A stretch of DNA of 64,000 nt from Antedon mediterranea (Eukaryota; Animalia; Echinodermata). Of the stretch, positions 23,066-37,748 are shown one piece after another. Under the pieces are notes generated by a model. It saw nothing but the letters and a program-made list of their open reading frames with translations, made no database searches and was not told the origin of the DNA. A program made the translations under genes and the position numbers. The DNA lies in the NCBI RefSeq assembly GCF_964355755.1, contig NC_092672.1, forward strand, positions 38,446,437 through 38,510,436, read 5' to 3'. Within the stretch, counting starts at the first letter, position 1, and each line of letters starts with the position of its first letter.

Positions 23066-26000
23066 TTACAACAAACACGCATTGTCATCACAGCAAAAGG
23101 TTCAGTAAACTATTTTAAGCGCATTTTGTTATAAAAATAAACAATAATTTTATATTTGGTCTGTAAAGCGTATATTACATTACGTTGTGCGATTTAATCA
23201 GATAAAGAAACCTCTAATAATATAATGTATCCATTATTACAACCTTATTCGTGTGTAACCCCACAGATCAGAATTGGGAAAAAAAAACCAACACAAAATT
23301 GCAAACTAAAATTATAGAGGAAATTCCTTTTAAGGAATTGTGTATAGTTCTAAGCCATGATCTACTTTGTAAAATCAGGTTCACTCTCCCTGTGAGTTAA
23401 ATTGCAGTAATTATCCTAATCACATCAGCAGAGCATATTTCCAATTGCGGTCGCTCAACTTCCGATTCAGAAATTCAAATATGTATAGTTTTGTGATCGT
23501 GTTTCCATGCCTACATATTAGTTTATTACTCCGTTATATGGGTGTCTAGAGGTACGTACATATCAACGTAATTTAATTCAATATAATTATAGGCCTGTCA
23601 AAATACCATTCTCATGTAAGTCTGTTCTTAGACCTACAACAAAAACTTCTGCAAAAATTGTTTAGTTTAAAATCTACTTCGGATCAAAGAAAGTAAACGA
23701 GGCAACTGATCGATGTCGGAAAAAATAAAGCGAGTAAACCGACACAAAAATGACAATTAGATCGCTAAAACCACCTGTCGAATATATATTTTAAAGATGA
23801 AATTTGAATAATTTTAATTGATATAAACCCAGAGATCATTTACACCATTTTATATTTGCCAGTGTCCACAATCTTTCAATTATGACATCATAAACAGTAC
23901 CTATTGTAGGAAGCCTTAGAGATGCGAATATAAAACTCTAACAAAAGGGATGTTTTATTCCGCATAGGATTATACTGGATAGAGTAAGAAGAAGACGAAC
24001 AACAGGCTAGTTATATATAAAAACACAAACAGCTGATTTCGTAACATACACAACCGGAATTTAAACCCTGTTTTTGAAGATTCTGTAAAAACAGAAAGAA
24101 ATCTAGTTGGTAGCGTGAACCTAACAATACGGAAAAAAAAGTAATACTACCACCGTTGCCATGGTGATTTATAATACGATGTTTAATAAACAATCCTTAT
24201 TTCATCCGGGAACTTTGGAAACTAGGCCTGTGAACATATCGAGTTGACGTGAGGTGATGACCTAAAAGGACAACCCCTCATAATATAGCAATTCAATTTT
24301 TATTTCAGAACATATCAACAATAGGCCTACTACAGAATCAAATAAACAGTTACATAAAGAGGTGTGGACTACAAGGTATGACGTCATACCGTAACAAGAT
24401 AATTATGCATGTTGGGTTCATTTTCTATACAGTATTGCATTTTTAACATTCGAGAATTAACAAGTGATAATTGCAACTTTTGTCAATCTTAGTTTAAAAA
24501 CTAAAGGAGGAAACATAATGGATAGTAAAAAAGTAAATTATATATTATATCTTAACATCGAGTATAATTTATCTCCAAATACCATGGTATGAAAGGGTAT
24601 TACAGTTTTATGTGCTTTACACGTGGGACCCAACTGTCCCAATTATTATTCATAAACAAACATCTTATTTTGATACGAACCGATAAAAGCCTAAGTCTTA
24701 ATATTTCCTTCTTTATCTCTTTATATATTAATATTCCTTATATGGTCTTTCTTTGTGAGTATATGTCCATTTTTTGTAACATTTTAGTGTGTTTTAAAAT
24801 AATATTTGTTATAAACGCAATTTAATTCAGCAGTTTTGCTGCTAATTGGTTTGTCAATAAATAAATAAAAACAAAAATGTTTGCCAAAAGTACACAGATG
24901 TTATTTTGTTACCGTTTCGTACATTTTGATCGAGATTTACATTATATTTATAACTCGTATGACAAAAGTCAATACATGTGTGGGACAAGGCTTTTTATAA
25001 AACAAAAATAAAGTAGGCCTACTATTTAATAACGCTACTTTAAAGAAAAGGGAAAAAATAAGGTGGAATAAAATAAATGCATCGTTGATTTTGGAATGTC
25101 AGTCGTAGGACAATCAACTTTATACATGAATTGTTCCATCTTTTGCATTTTACACAACACCATAAATACACCGAGCTGCTAATTGTCCCGATAATTGTCC
25201 TCCAGTTACCGAAATTTCACCCAACTGGTAAATTTTCTTTCATGATTATAACACGAAATTATCACCCATTTAGCGTAAAAATCTTTTATTTGCGAATGAA
25301 CAAATTTAAAGAGGTACAACCACAAGCGATAAATCGGTGAATACTGTGAATGTCTTAGGTGGGAACAGCTTTTGAACCTAGTGTCTTTCACAAGACGACC
25401 TACACTCGGAACAATTGGTTATTCAAGCCTAGAATTTCTGCATGTTAACCTACTCGGTTGAGCACTAGTGTCAGTTGCATCGACTATTTGTTCCGTAAGA
25501 TTTAATAGATTTCAAAGCACCTGATAGCCCATGGCTCAATGAATTGGTATAATAGTTTCGTGTTGTTCGCAGTTCGTTTGAATGCACCGATCGTCCCACT
25601 ACTATGTACCTTTACGATGATATGGACATCTCAGACGTTGACGCTATAGCAAAGTTGACGCGTTTTTATCTGATTTGACGCACAGAAAGTGTGAAGTCCA
25701 ACATAACGCGTCTGTGTTTTGTTGTGCTCATAACTTGAGAACCGACCTTCATAAACAAATCGTTTAAATTAATCAAAACAATGCGCTTATTACAAGTTTT
25801 GGATATACGTAATAACGAATATATAACGCGCGCGTTCAAAATCTGATAATAATGCCTTTGGTACGCGCGTGTCCATTTTATGTCGTTGTGTCACGGCGGA
25901 CGATATGTCTAGAATTGCTAGTATATTTGACACTCTTAGTATTCATCTTTGTGCACATAAATTATTGATTTGAGTCGAACTATTGAATGTGGCATTTATA

Positions 26001-29000
26001 TTGCACATTTATCATATGAAAAGCATCGTCAAGAAAAAAAATATATTGTAATGAGGGGAAGTAACCGATGAAGAACAACTCGGGGACATGCTGATTTTAG
26101 GCCTACAAAATGAGCTATCTCTGTATGATTTATTGTGCCATCTATGACGGACGGCCGGTCAAACGTATGCCAAGTTTTACAGCCATGAGTCAATTTAAAA
26201 ATATTATGTTTTTTTGTAAATGTTTGCCTCTACCCTGGATAAGATACATTATTATATCCATTAAGATACATTATTTTAAATATTTTAAGTACCTTTATAT
26301 AATGTAAAAAATTGTCACAATTCAGTTTTTCTGTAAAGATGATTTTAATAAATATACCATTATAAATGAATGAATGAATTATGTATTAATGAATATGCAT
26401 TCAAACACGTTTAATATCATTTGAAAAAAGTATTTTTAGACACCAATATTATTTTTATAATGTTATGTTAAAGTAGGCCTATATGATACCAATAAAATTT
26501 GTATGTTAGAGAACAACCGTTAAGTTCTCAATGTTACATTATTAAATAATAATACTACTTATTGATGTTTACTTATGGAATAGTGCGTATAATATTTTCC
26601 ACTCAATTATACACATCAACTCTGCTTTATATATAATTATATATTTGTATATGCGGATACGCATGAGTGCACTAAAGCTGTGATAACTATAAGTTTGAGT
26701 TGATTTGATTTTTGACGCACGTAGAGCAGCCGCCGCGTCATGTCAAAATCATAGCTATTACCAGACTAAATATGAATAATGATGCTACGTTGTATTTTAG
26801 TAGCAGAGAATATAAACCAGGATTGTATTTAGTCATAATAATATAGATGTTAGAAATTTATTAACAATAACTGGAATAACCAGAGCAACATAGAGATAAT
26901 AGTGACTATAGGCCTAAGTTTTAACAAATCTTTAAAACAAATAAAATGTGTTATGTGTGACACAATCATGTTCTTGTAAAGCGTTCCGACAACGTCAACT
27001 TATTTCAAATTAAAATGCGTAAGATATTACAAACTTTAAAGCGTGCTTTCAAGCACTGATAACACTGCGTATTTTGTACGCGTGCGTTAAATTTCAGAAG
27101 CTTACGCTACAGGATTAATTGTTGTGACAAAACTAATATTATAATCAATATACAAACACTCCTTCGATATTGATCTGACAGAAAAAGAAAAGTTATATAT
27201 ATAATATATATAACTTGTCTTTTTCTTATATATAACAGAAGTATGTCACTATAACAAACGTATTGTTGTTCACAGAGTCGGTAATAATGTACAAAATAGG
27301 TTGGTATGCCGATCTTATTTGCGACAAAGTGTGTATTGTTTTAATATAAACAATGGCGCCGTAAGACGTAGTACGAAACGATGACGACCATGAAGCGGAT
27401 TAAGAAATAGTTACTCAGATCTGGTTTCTGCTCTTAAAAAGTCAACAAATTTTGAAACTATGACGTCAATATTAGACAACATTACATCTGTATTTACCAG
27501 AATATGAATTAAAGTTAATATAATATTGTAAATACAGGGATTATTATTAATATATACGTATATGGCGTCTTAATTCATTCAATTAAGAGCAATTCATTGG
27601 AAAAAGTATCTTATGTAACTTCGAAAGATATTATCTTTTACTGATGAAAAGGATAAAAAATCTTTATGCGATATATATTATTTTAGTTTGGAATCAGAAC
27701 AAACGGCGATGAGTTTTATCGAATATCTGTTCATTGTGTGTTAAAAGATATAAAAATCTCGTGGTAAAACATGTTAAATAAAAACAGTTTTAGATTCATT
27801 GATTTTATTAGATAATCACCGCAGTGGTCACTTCTGGTGGTCAAGTGGAATAACACTCTCCTTGACAGTAGTCTGAGGACAAATCAGACCGGAAACGCTT
27901 TGTGACGAAACACAATTCGTTGATGAGTTCCATAATACGTTCATCATGTTTTTTTTTTATAACATACTTTATTTGACATGTAATATGTTATGTATGTATA
28001 TCAGACGACAATCAGCAGGCTTAAAAGTCCAAGATTCCACTTTAATCCTATTACATAAAACTACATAGAACTAACGACACCTCATTTACTAGAATATTTT
28101 CTACATTATATGCAAGTATATAAGCTGAAATGTTAAATTTCAATGAATATTTGATGTTCTTTCGGCAATATTTCACCGATATTGTCTCGAATTCTAGCAG
28201 TAGCGTATAAATGGCTCGTTATCTTTCACATAAAATCTTCACATGCTGTAAGATTCGTATGTGTGAAATACATATTTTATGACAGTGACGTCATATGAAT
28301 TTGTTAGAAATAAGATGAAGTTGCCAGGAAATATACAGATTAAAATTGGGATAAAATCTTAGAAAATTCTCACTTTATCAAGCGTGGATAAAAAGTGTAA
28401 TACATGATGACTCAGAGAAATTTCAAGAAGAGACAAAAGTTGGCGCGCGTGCCAAAAGACGCGCGCGTATATTATTATCAGTGTTTCCACGCGAAACATT
28501 TATTTTAAACTAACTAAATATTGTAATTAATTATTTTTATATGAAACGTTTTATATATTTTTGTACTATATTGTGAAAAGCACTCAAAACATTTTCCTAT
28601 GTGGACGAAATAAAGTTGAATTGAATTGAATTGAAATTTGTACAAATTCTAAACAAAACAATTATCATTTCAATCTGCTGACCGCTGAGATCCTTGTATT
28701 ATTTTAATGATTTTTGTTTAAAGAATGTATACAAATTATTATCAACGTTCATATGAATGTTAATATTATCATCAATTGGTTTTATTCGTTGATTGCAATA
28801 ATATAATATTGATGACTCTTTAGAGGAGAAAAACACTTTTGCACGTATATGCCGTTTTATTTTATCGCTCTTAAAACTGAAAGCTGCATAAGTTTTCAAG
28901 ACCCACAAAAAAATTCAATAGTTTATAATAACCGTTAACTCATAAAGAAAAACTAGATAGCAGAGAATAAATATGAGGTAAAATGATACAGCGATAAAAA

Positions 29001-30410
29001 AAATCATACAGTAAGTAAATATTCGTGAGAAAAATACTATAAATCCAAAAAATTAAATATAATAAGTGTTAACATTAGATTTGGATCTATCTCAGAATAA
29101 ACCGACTTATATGGATCGTATTAAAAAATGTTAAAGTTTCAAGAAATTTGATTGGTTGGTTCACTTAAAATGGAAATTCATTTTGCTTGGCATTAATAAA
29201 ACTAGAAGGAAAATACATACAAAAACGCTATAGGCCAATGTTAAAATATGACAATAATTGTTACTTTAAATGCGCGCACCCCTTTCGCAAAAATACGATC
29301 ACGGCCGCTAAGGAAAGACTAAACTAAAGGCCATGAATTATGGTTTGTAAAACTTAGGGCATTTCCAATCTATATCATTAACAAAGAATTACTATGCATA
29401 CGTCATGGAGCAATGCATGTGAGATTTAACAACGTGTTAGAGGGCATCCCGAAGAGACCAGACGCTCTTAAATCGTTCAGTTAAATCGGCAACACAAAGT
29501 CAGGCCTACAGATACGTACCAGACCACCGAACGAGATAGAGCACACCCGTAACGAACGAAATACCGACGGTCTCGGGTGGGGATCAATCTATCAATGCGT
29601 CACAAAATGTGTGAATTGCGTTAGACGCATTTATCTTGCGTTTGAGGACAGTACACATAATGTATTAAAGACATGAAAACATGTGTTAAATGGATAATTT
29701 TAGCCCAATGTTGACATACTCACGCGCAGCATTTTGCTGATGCAAGACGATAAGTAAGATGATAAGTAAGATGCATCTACTCCCTGTAACGTGTTATTTC
29801 TGTGCGTTACGCGTTATTTTTTTGGCGTACCGCGTTATTTTTGTGCCTCATATGTTACGTGTTCGAATGCGTTCGAACGTTTACTTTCAAGTGAAATACG
29901 TTAACGTTGGTAATAACAATAAAACGAAATTTATTTTATAGCGTCCAATAAAAATGTATAAAGAAGCTAAACGAGTACGTACGTCTTGAGTTGATGAGTG
30001 CAATGAGTTTTACTCGTTGGCAGTTGAACGATTGCTCCTAGGGCATGTTTAGGGGGGAAATTTCAATTGGCTTGTTCCATCGCTTCAGAGAGGTCAGTAT
30101 GATACCATTAATGAAATCAGTAGACTTGTGTATGCTAAACAATTACACCCAATGGACTAATTTAGATGATAATAGCTATTCTTTACTGCTGCCAGAGATT
30201 AGAAAGAACATCTACGACAAGTGAATTACTTTAGCAATCAAAGCAGGCGTTGCGGAACAAGCAATCGTTTTTCTTCTTTTTTTCGTTTCTTATCAGTCTT
30301 TTGTTCAATATATTCATTCATTTATTTACACAAAGCAAATGGTAACAAAATATGTAGAAAATAGTTTGCCTTGTATCTAGAAAAATCAAATAAGATCAGA
30401 GAGCTTTAAA

Positions 30411-30589
30411 TGTGCTCAAATATGGTAGTAATATGCTCAAATATGGTAGTGATATGCTCAAATATGGTAGTGATATGCTCAAATATGGTAGTGATATGCT
30501 CAAATATGATAGTGGTATGATATCATTATGTCTATTATGGGCATATCACATTTTGTTGTCACATAAAGTTTGATAGTGTAAACAGAGCT
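30411..30589. mobile_element. MITE family A, one end missing, internal 21-bp unit amplified about 5 times
   Basis: (ATATGCTCAAATATGGTAGTG)x5 followed by the family A body and right TIR TTTGATAGTGTAAACAGAGCT. Confidence 0.8.
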
Positions 30590-30689
30590 CAAGACGTGTT
30601 CCACCAAGAAAAAAGTGTTTTAAAATGTTGATAAATAAACATAACATGGTTTAGACGTTGCCAAAACTCATCTACTTATTGGGGACCCC

Positions 30690-31159
30690 TTGGAAACAAG
30701 CATTTGGGGGTAAAGTGTTATCCCTGCTTTCTATGTTGGAAACAAACATTTGGGGGTAAAGTGTTATCCCTTGCTTTCTATGTTGGAAACAAGCATTTGG
30801 GGTAAAGTGTTATCCCTTGCTTTCTATGTTGGAAACAAGCATTTGGGGGTAAAGTGTTATCCCTTGCTTTCTATGTTGGAAACAAGCATTTGGGCGTAAA
30901 GTGTTATCCCTTGCGTTCTATGTTGGAAACAAGCATTTGGGGGTAAAGTGTTATCCCTTGCTTTCTATGTTGGAAACAAGCATTTGGGCGTAAAGTGTTA
31001 TCCCTTGCTTTCTATGTTGGAAACAAGCATTTGGGGGTAAAGTGTTATCCCTTGCTTTCTATGTTGGAAACAAGCATTTGGGGGTAAAGTGTTATCCCTT
31101 GCTTTCTATGTTGGAAACAAGCATTTGGGGGTAAAGTGTTATCCCTTGCTTTCTATGTT
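30690..31159. repeat. 46-47-bp minisatellite, 10 copies
   Basis: TTGGAAACAAGCATTTGGGGGTAAAGTGTTATCCCTTGCTTTCTATG repeated. Confidence 0.95.
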
Positions 31160-32822
31160 TAATTTCTCAAGTTTAATGTTTGTATTATTCTATGTGTTTA
31201 TTTTAATTCAAATATTATGCTGTTTTATAAATTGTACTAAAAGCAATAAATATTACTTACACGTACTAGAACTTAGAATGCATATATCAGAACCCATTCC
31301 TTACTATAAATTGTTTGCGGGTAGCCGGTAGTTATAGACTTGGCAATGTTAACATTTGAATAAGTTTCTAATCTGAATTATATCTTATGAGGATAAAATG
31401 GGAGGTCCAGGCGTACATTATTGTTAAATACAGTTTACTAAATTGTTAGCTAGAGTATACTACATTGTTAGATACAATTGTACGACAGAGTTGCTACTCC
31501 GTGCAAACAACATTAATGTTACTGAAGTACGCGCTACCCTCTACTTAAAGCCGACCTTGTTTCCACGTTATTTATATTTCCGTTAACTACCAATAACAGT
31601 TGCCGACGACGTTTTATTTTCACAACTCAACGACATCGAATAACAAGAGATGAGTTGTTCAAAATAGAATGCTCTACCTGACAATCAAACCACACAGAAA
31701 ATAGTACACTCACTCCTTGTCGTGACCCGTTCGAATACGTAACCAATGCACTTGTGAAAATCATACAACCGTGGACAGCTTTCAAAACGATAATTTGGCT
31801 ATTAAAATACGTATACCAACCAATGTATAATCCGAAAGATTTTGTATAGGAGGCCGGCGGGCATTAGGTAACAATCACAACCAACCACCAGAAAATACAA
31901 ACAAATCTCTTTTATAATATTTGACAAAAGAGTTTGATATTGACGATCAGTCAAGTCAATCAATCCAGCAACTGCTTCGCATGGGAAATATGCGTGCGGA
32001 TCCATTCATAAAAAAAATGTAATTCACTAAAGGACAAAAATCAGTACCGGAAAAGAAGGAAGAACAGCAAAGAATAGCTTTGCAGAGATTTACAAACGAA
32101 CGAGCTAAATAACGAAAATAGAACAGCAAGAAATATACAAGATAAAATCATGTATACAAAGGTTTGTGGTATTACACTGGTAGGCCTATCTCTATATCTG
32201 AAATAGCCCGTCAATGATGCGAAGAAAACAAGGGAAGAGGTGAGGATGAAGAAAAAACAAACAAAAACCAAGATAAAGATCACTTTGCAATTCTATTACT
32301 AATATTGTGACAAGTATTTTTCAAATTAATTTTGTGTTAGGTCAATTCGTCATTGACACAAAGCTATTTTACGCACGCGCGCGAAAGCTGTACAAAGTTA
32401 AAGTATTTAAAAAATACGTGAGGGCGCGTGAAGAGAGATTGCCATGGTATTAAGGAACTTATGAGATTATCGATAAAAACACAACGTGTAAAATAGATTC
32501 ATTTGATATGACGTTATCGATAAGATTCACATACAACACCCAACTCTCTGTCACGAAATAGCTATCAAATACTCGAGTATTGAAAAGTTGATATTTGATG
32601 GCTTTACAATTGGTCTTTTTATGAGGGATTAACGTTTCGCATTGTTTACGTAAGTTGGAGATTTAAGAGTTCGAAATCTGTGATCAGAAACCGTTTCAAA
32701 GTGTTCTTTTAAAAACATCTAAGCATGAATACCCTGAATTAAGTCCTACAAGTAGTTGTAAAGAAAAGCATAAACAAAAGGTGGGTCATAAAAGTATACT
32801 TTAGTCATTTTTATTTTTTGTA

Positions 32823-32878
32823 AAAGGCATTACAAAAAATAAAAGGCATTACAAAAAATAAAAGGCATTACAAAAAAT
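32823..32878. repeat. 19-bp tandem repeat, 3 copies
   Basis: AAAAGGCATTACAAAAAAT repeated. Confidence 0.85.
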
Positions 32879-32954
32879 TTGCACTTTCAACACAAATAAA
32901 ATCTGTGTTGAGAATATTATTTATCAAGTTCCCAAACTTTCCAAATGACACTAA

Positions 32955-33096
32955 AGCTCTGTCTACACTACCAACTAGTTTGACAAAAAAAAGTGTGATG
33001 TGCCCAAATATGGTTTTGATACGCTCGAATGATGACATCATCATGTCCATATATGGCACATCACATGTTTTTGTCGCATAAAATTTGATATGTGTA
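32955..33096. mobile_element. MITE family A copy, right TIR degraded
   Basis: taa|AGCTCTGTCTACACTACCAAC followed by the family A body. Confidence 0.8.
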
Positions 33097-34289
33097 TGGT
33101 ACACATATGGAAGGTGGTATCGTGTCGAATGCTATTGAAATTGTTTTTATACTAAGTGACACTGTAATTATTAACCTCATCCCATTTACTCTATAATTGT
33201 CTATAGAAAATCGGCGCTGCGAATTATTAATATCAACTTAGAAAGCAAGCAGTTGATCACGTGGGTTGACAGCCTATCGCACTGTCAGGCGGCTGTTTGC
33301 TATATTAGATCACATTATGCTAATATTGATATATAAATTAAATTCAAGTGCTTATATTGATATTTGCAATGTGAGTAGCGTTTAGATTAAACAACCACGA
33401 CAGGAATAATGATACACGTCAGTTGAACAATACTTGAGAAAATGCACTAATGAAGCACTGGATAAAACACATAATAATTAATAATTAACTGTATATTACA
33501 TAATACGCGTTGTAATTAACTCAACAATTGGTTATATCGTGAGATTTTGAACCAAATAGCGTTCACAGTCGAAATACGAAACTGTGATAAATGACTTTAG
33601 ATTTGTAATTAACTTGATGATCTCATGAAAGAATCGATGAAGGGAATATCACAAAACAGTTTACCGCTAGCGGTCGATTCTGGCCATTCAAAGACTGAGA
33701 CGCGATCGATACATATACACAACTTAGGAATCAGGTTCGTCGCTACAAATCAAATACGGATGGTTAAATCCAATGTTTAGAGTTAGTCACTTGTTTTTGT
33801 CAAGAAAACCCCTCGAAACGTTCGTATAAATAGATCCGTAATATCACCATTTAATTTTATATTCCATTCGATTTTAGTATGTTTCATTGCATACTCACGT
33901 GATTTGATATTGGTACTTTAATATGTATAACAGAGATACAACTTCAGTTAAGTTTTGTCTTAAATTGAATTAATTCCATACATATGACCTCCGGACTAGA
34001 AATCAACGCGTCTGGGCGCGCCATAAAAGCGGCTTCATGGAGGTTACCAAAACTTTGTTTGTGGTCGTTAGAAGCACACAAGGAAATAAAAAAGGAAACG
34101 CGGGCGTTTTTTATAAAGACTTATTCCCAATATGCATTATTTATTTCTTCCGACATTAATTTACTTGCAGACAGCTGAAATACACTGTAAACAAAAGTAC
34201 GATGGCCTATAAGTTTCAGTTTATTCAAGTCAACGCCGTCGTAGTGAACGTATGGGCCACCGTAAACAAAGTGAGAATAAAATTCTTAC

Positions 34290-34696
34290 CTGTATAACTC
34301 TCATGTTGAGTCCCGTTTCTTGTGCTAGTTGTTCTCGAATATGTCTTGTAGGTTTAGGAGTTGCTGCAAAAGCAGCTTTTAATGTTTCTAATTGTTTAGC
34401 TTTAATTGTAGTCCGTGGGCCACGCCGTTTGGCACCAGCCACTGAATTAGGTCCGCCGTTACCGTTATCGTCAGCTTTACTCTCTGTATCTGAATTTGAG
34501 TTTGCGGGTGAGTGTTTGACGATATCGTCCGCCGCGGGCGACGACGGAGACGGTGAAATATAATTATCGTTATCTAGGTCTAGCATATCTTCTGTTTGTA
34601 TTGAGTTATTATTGTTTAAGACGGCCGTAGGACTTGAAATTCCGTTACATTCACTTGCAGTTATTGGAGAATCATCACACTTTTGATCTTTTTGTA
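34290..34696 (-). CDS. Lhx1: Lhx1/5 coding exon 3 (linker and homeodomain helices 1-3 start)
   Basis: Lies within ORF 34230..34835. Acceptor tttttcag|TA and donor CAG|gtaaga. Encodes ...[50 protein letters not shown], the Lhx1/5 homeodomain. Confidence 0.97.
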
Positions 34697-37608
34697 CTGA
34701 AAAAAATAAAAAAATATATAAAATATTACAAAACAATATAATAAATAAATAATTATTAAAGTCATATACTGGTAAACAAAACATTATTTGTAGGCCTATT
34801 CTTTTTTTTCTCGAAAATAAACCGTAAATCGACACATTGTTGAAATAATCCGTCGTCTATCATTGTTACAGTATATCGCATAATAACGTTATTTATTTAA
34901 AACTATTATACGCCGCATTCATGTTGATCTTTGACCCATGTTTTTGAGACCAAAATGAGATAATCAATGAACCTCGGAAACTCATCAGTCGCAAACGATC
35001 CATCACATTTCTTAGGTTTTATTGAGGTGGAATATATCGTAAATGATTCGGAAGCCGATGAGAAAACGCGCCGAGCTTGGACGATAAGCCTAGGTCTTGC
35101 TAGGCACCTGCCAAGCGCATCCACTGTCTTCGGCGAACACACGCTATTTCCTCTGGGTCATGAAATATGAACAAGGCGCAGTGATGCCTTACGTGCAGCC
35201 ATCTGCCGAAGCAGAGAGGTGTGAAATACACAGTCCTTCAAGACAATAATATTTGTGTAATTTTCATTGAGGTTATGTTTTGTAAAAACAAGGCCAAACC
35301 GAAGTACACGCCACGATTCTCTACAGCAACTGTCTTATATATTGATAGCTTCCCGTTGCAGTTTAGCTTATGCTTGGTATTGAATGAGTCAAGTTTTTTA
35401 ATGACACGACAATTAAAAAAATGAAGTAACAGGTAGGCCTATAATGCGGTGTTTGATATGCTTATCAATATTGATTTCATATTATCAATATTTAGAAACA
35501 GTAAAATAAAATTGCGTTTATAAGTTTTTTTACAGTATTTTAAACAACAACAGTTTTAATTTTAATCCTTAATGAATTATTATAAATACCAAAATATCAA
35601 TTGAATAATTTCAGATAAAACAGTAAAGAAGCACGAATGTGCTCTCTATTTCAAGTTACGGAACCCTCGGAACGAAAGGTCGCCAATGTTCGGCTTTTTT
35701 TAACCGAAGATTTTGTAACTACAATCAGTCATCCCGGTCAAACTAAGCAGTGAATGCAGAAGCAACTTAAGAAAGAGCTGGGTTGAAAGAGCTGGGTTGA
35801 AAGAGCTGGGTTGAATTCGGTTGTATTGCAAAAGATGGGAATCTCCATAGAGGAAAACAACGTTATGTTATATTCGAGTAAACAAATTGAGTCACTTTTT
35901 ATACACGAAAATAACAAGTATACACTTGAAATCACACAAGAAACTCTATCTTTATACCGGCTTAGTTTTAAATAGTGTGGATCTTAAAAGTATTTAACAT
36001 CATAAGATGTGATGGACTTTGATTGGTTGGTTGAAGAATGAAATAAATTGTTTTGTCTTCAACCGTTAAGATATGCAAATACTTATTAAGTACGATTCTA
36101 ATGCATAGACAAAAAGGGTTGTGAAAATGTAATCTCTTCGAGTGATAAAATATATGTAAGATGAAACGTGTACATGGCACGCATTAAATCGTAAATCATC
36201 TGAGGTGTAATATGTATATATAACATGCACACACAACGCCTGAAAGAGTCAGTTTTCCCTGTCATGACTTTTAGTTTCCGATCCTACCTGCTGCTTTTTT
36301 CTAGGCCTAGAAATTCTAGAGATGAACCATCCTAGGGGAGTTAGACCCATCATCCTCGTGAGGTTGTCGCTGTATTTATCACTCGTTTCTGACAGGAGAG
36401 TGTAGGCTCTGTTCGTGATTGTATAGAGAACACTTTATAATAACCGCATTCGGTCGGGTAGAATCACTCCCGTGGGGGGAGTGTGGAATTGCGGGTGTAG
36501 TCATGCATTAAGGACATTGGTTTTAGTAACAACCCAGAGAGAGCTCTTAAAATACTGCGTCTTCGAACTCAAGAATATTAATATCGTATAATACAATCAT
36601 CGGAGTGTTAAAATTTATTCTATTCAACATGTACACACAACCCATCAGTACTGTATTATAAACAGTTAGCGAATAAAAACATACAGCACGTGTTAGGCCG
36701 ACATTATCAGTATGTTAAACACGGTAGCGTATCTCTAAATGTAACAGCAATATCTATCATTCAGCTTCCCTTCTGATAACTGATAAGCAACGAAAAGAGA
36801 AGTATTACAATTATGTTAATAAAGAGTCTATGATACTTTGCATAATGCCATATTTGGAGATACAGATGTAGAATCGGGTGGGATACCGTAGAGAAATTAG
36901 ACAACCACCACAACAATCAGATATTAACGAACGGACTCTCATTAACACCGTGTGACGTCATCTTTATCCCCTCCCTTGGTCTTAATTTCCCGGATCCAAA
37001 AATACCAGAACCGTGTTGTGGTACCGCAAACGGAACGAGGCCGGCGTTGCGGAGGACGGTAGAAACAAAAGAAGAAACGTTAGCGACCTGTGGCGGCGGC
37101 AGGTGTGTTGAAGATGAGTGAGTCCATCCTATCCTATTGTTATTATGATTGTCAGGAATGTCGATCATGGCTTTAGATCTACCGGCCGCCATTTGACATG
37201 CGGTCGTAGTGGCCTAGTTGTATATTTTTTCTAACGGGATATATTATTGTCAATATACTGTAGTTTTTATAAATGATCGTAGAATTCTAACTGCCGCCAA
37301 AAAAATGAATATCAATGAGTATCAATTTAAAAAGAAAATTATCTTTCATAATAATTACCGACTTTTTTACAACCAAATGAATTTGTATTTCGGTCGAGTA
37401 ACATTTTAAAATATATTTAGTATTTAGTTAATACTATTTTTAACAAATATCTATAATATCACCTTTTGTCTTTATTGTTTTCATTACATGAGTTACTTTA
37501 TATTCTACAAAAAGCCATTCGTAGTCTTTTTTTAATTTTATTTTTTTTAAATAAGCCTATAATATGTATAAATACGTTGATGGTGTTGAGATAGTAGTTT
37601 CTAACTAA

Positions 37609-37748
37609 AGCTCTGTCTACACCATCAAGCTAGTGTGATGTGCCCAAATATGGTAGTGATGTGCCCAAATATGGTAGTGATATGACATCATTATGTCCAT
37701 ATAATGGACACATCACATAAAGTTTGATAGTACTGTATAGACAGAGCT
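37609..37748. mobile_element. MITE family A copy
   Basis: Both TIRs, TAA on both flanks, 5-bp insertion in the right TIR. Confidence 0.85.

Noticed and set aside
34252-34563. 103-aa plus-strand ORF
   Set aside because: Antisense shadow of the homeobox exon.
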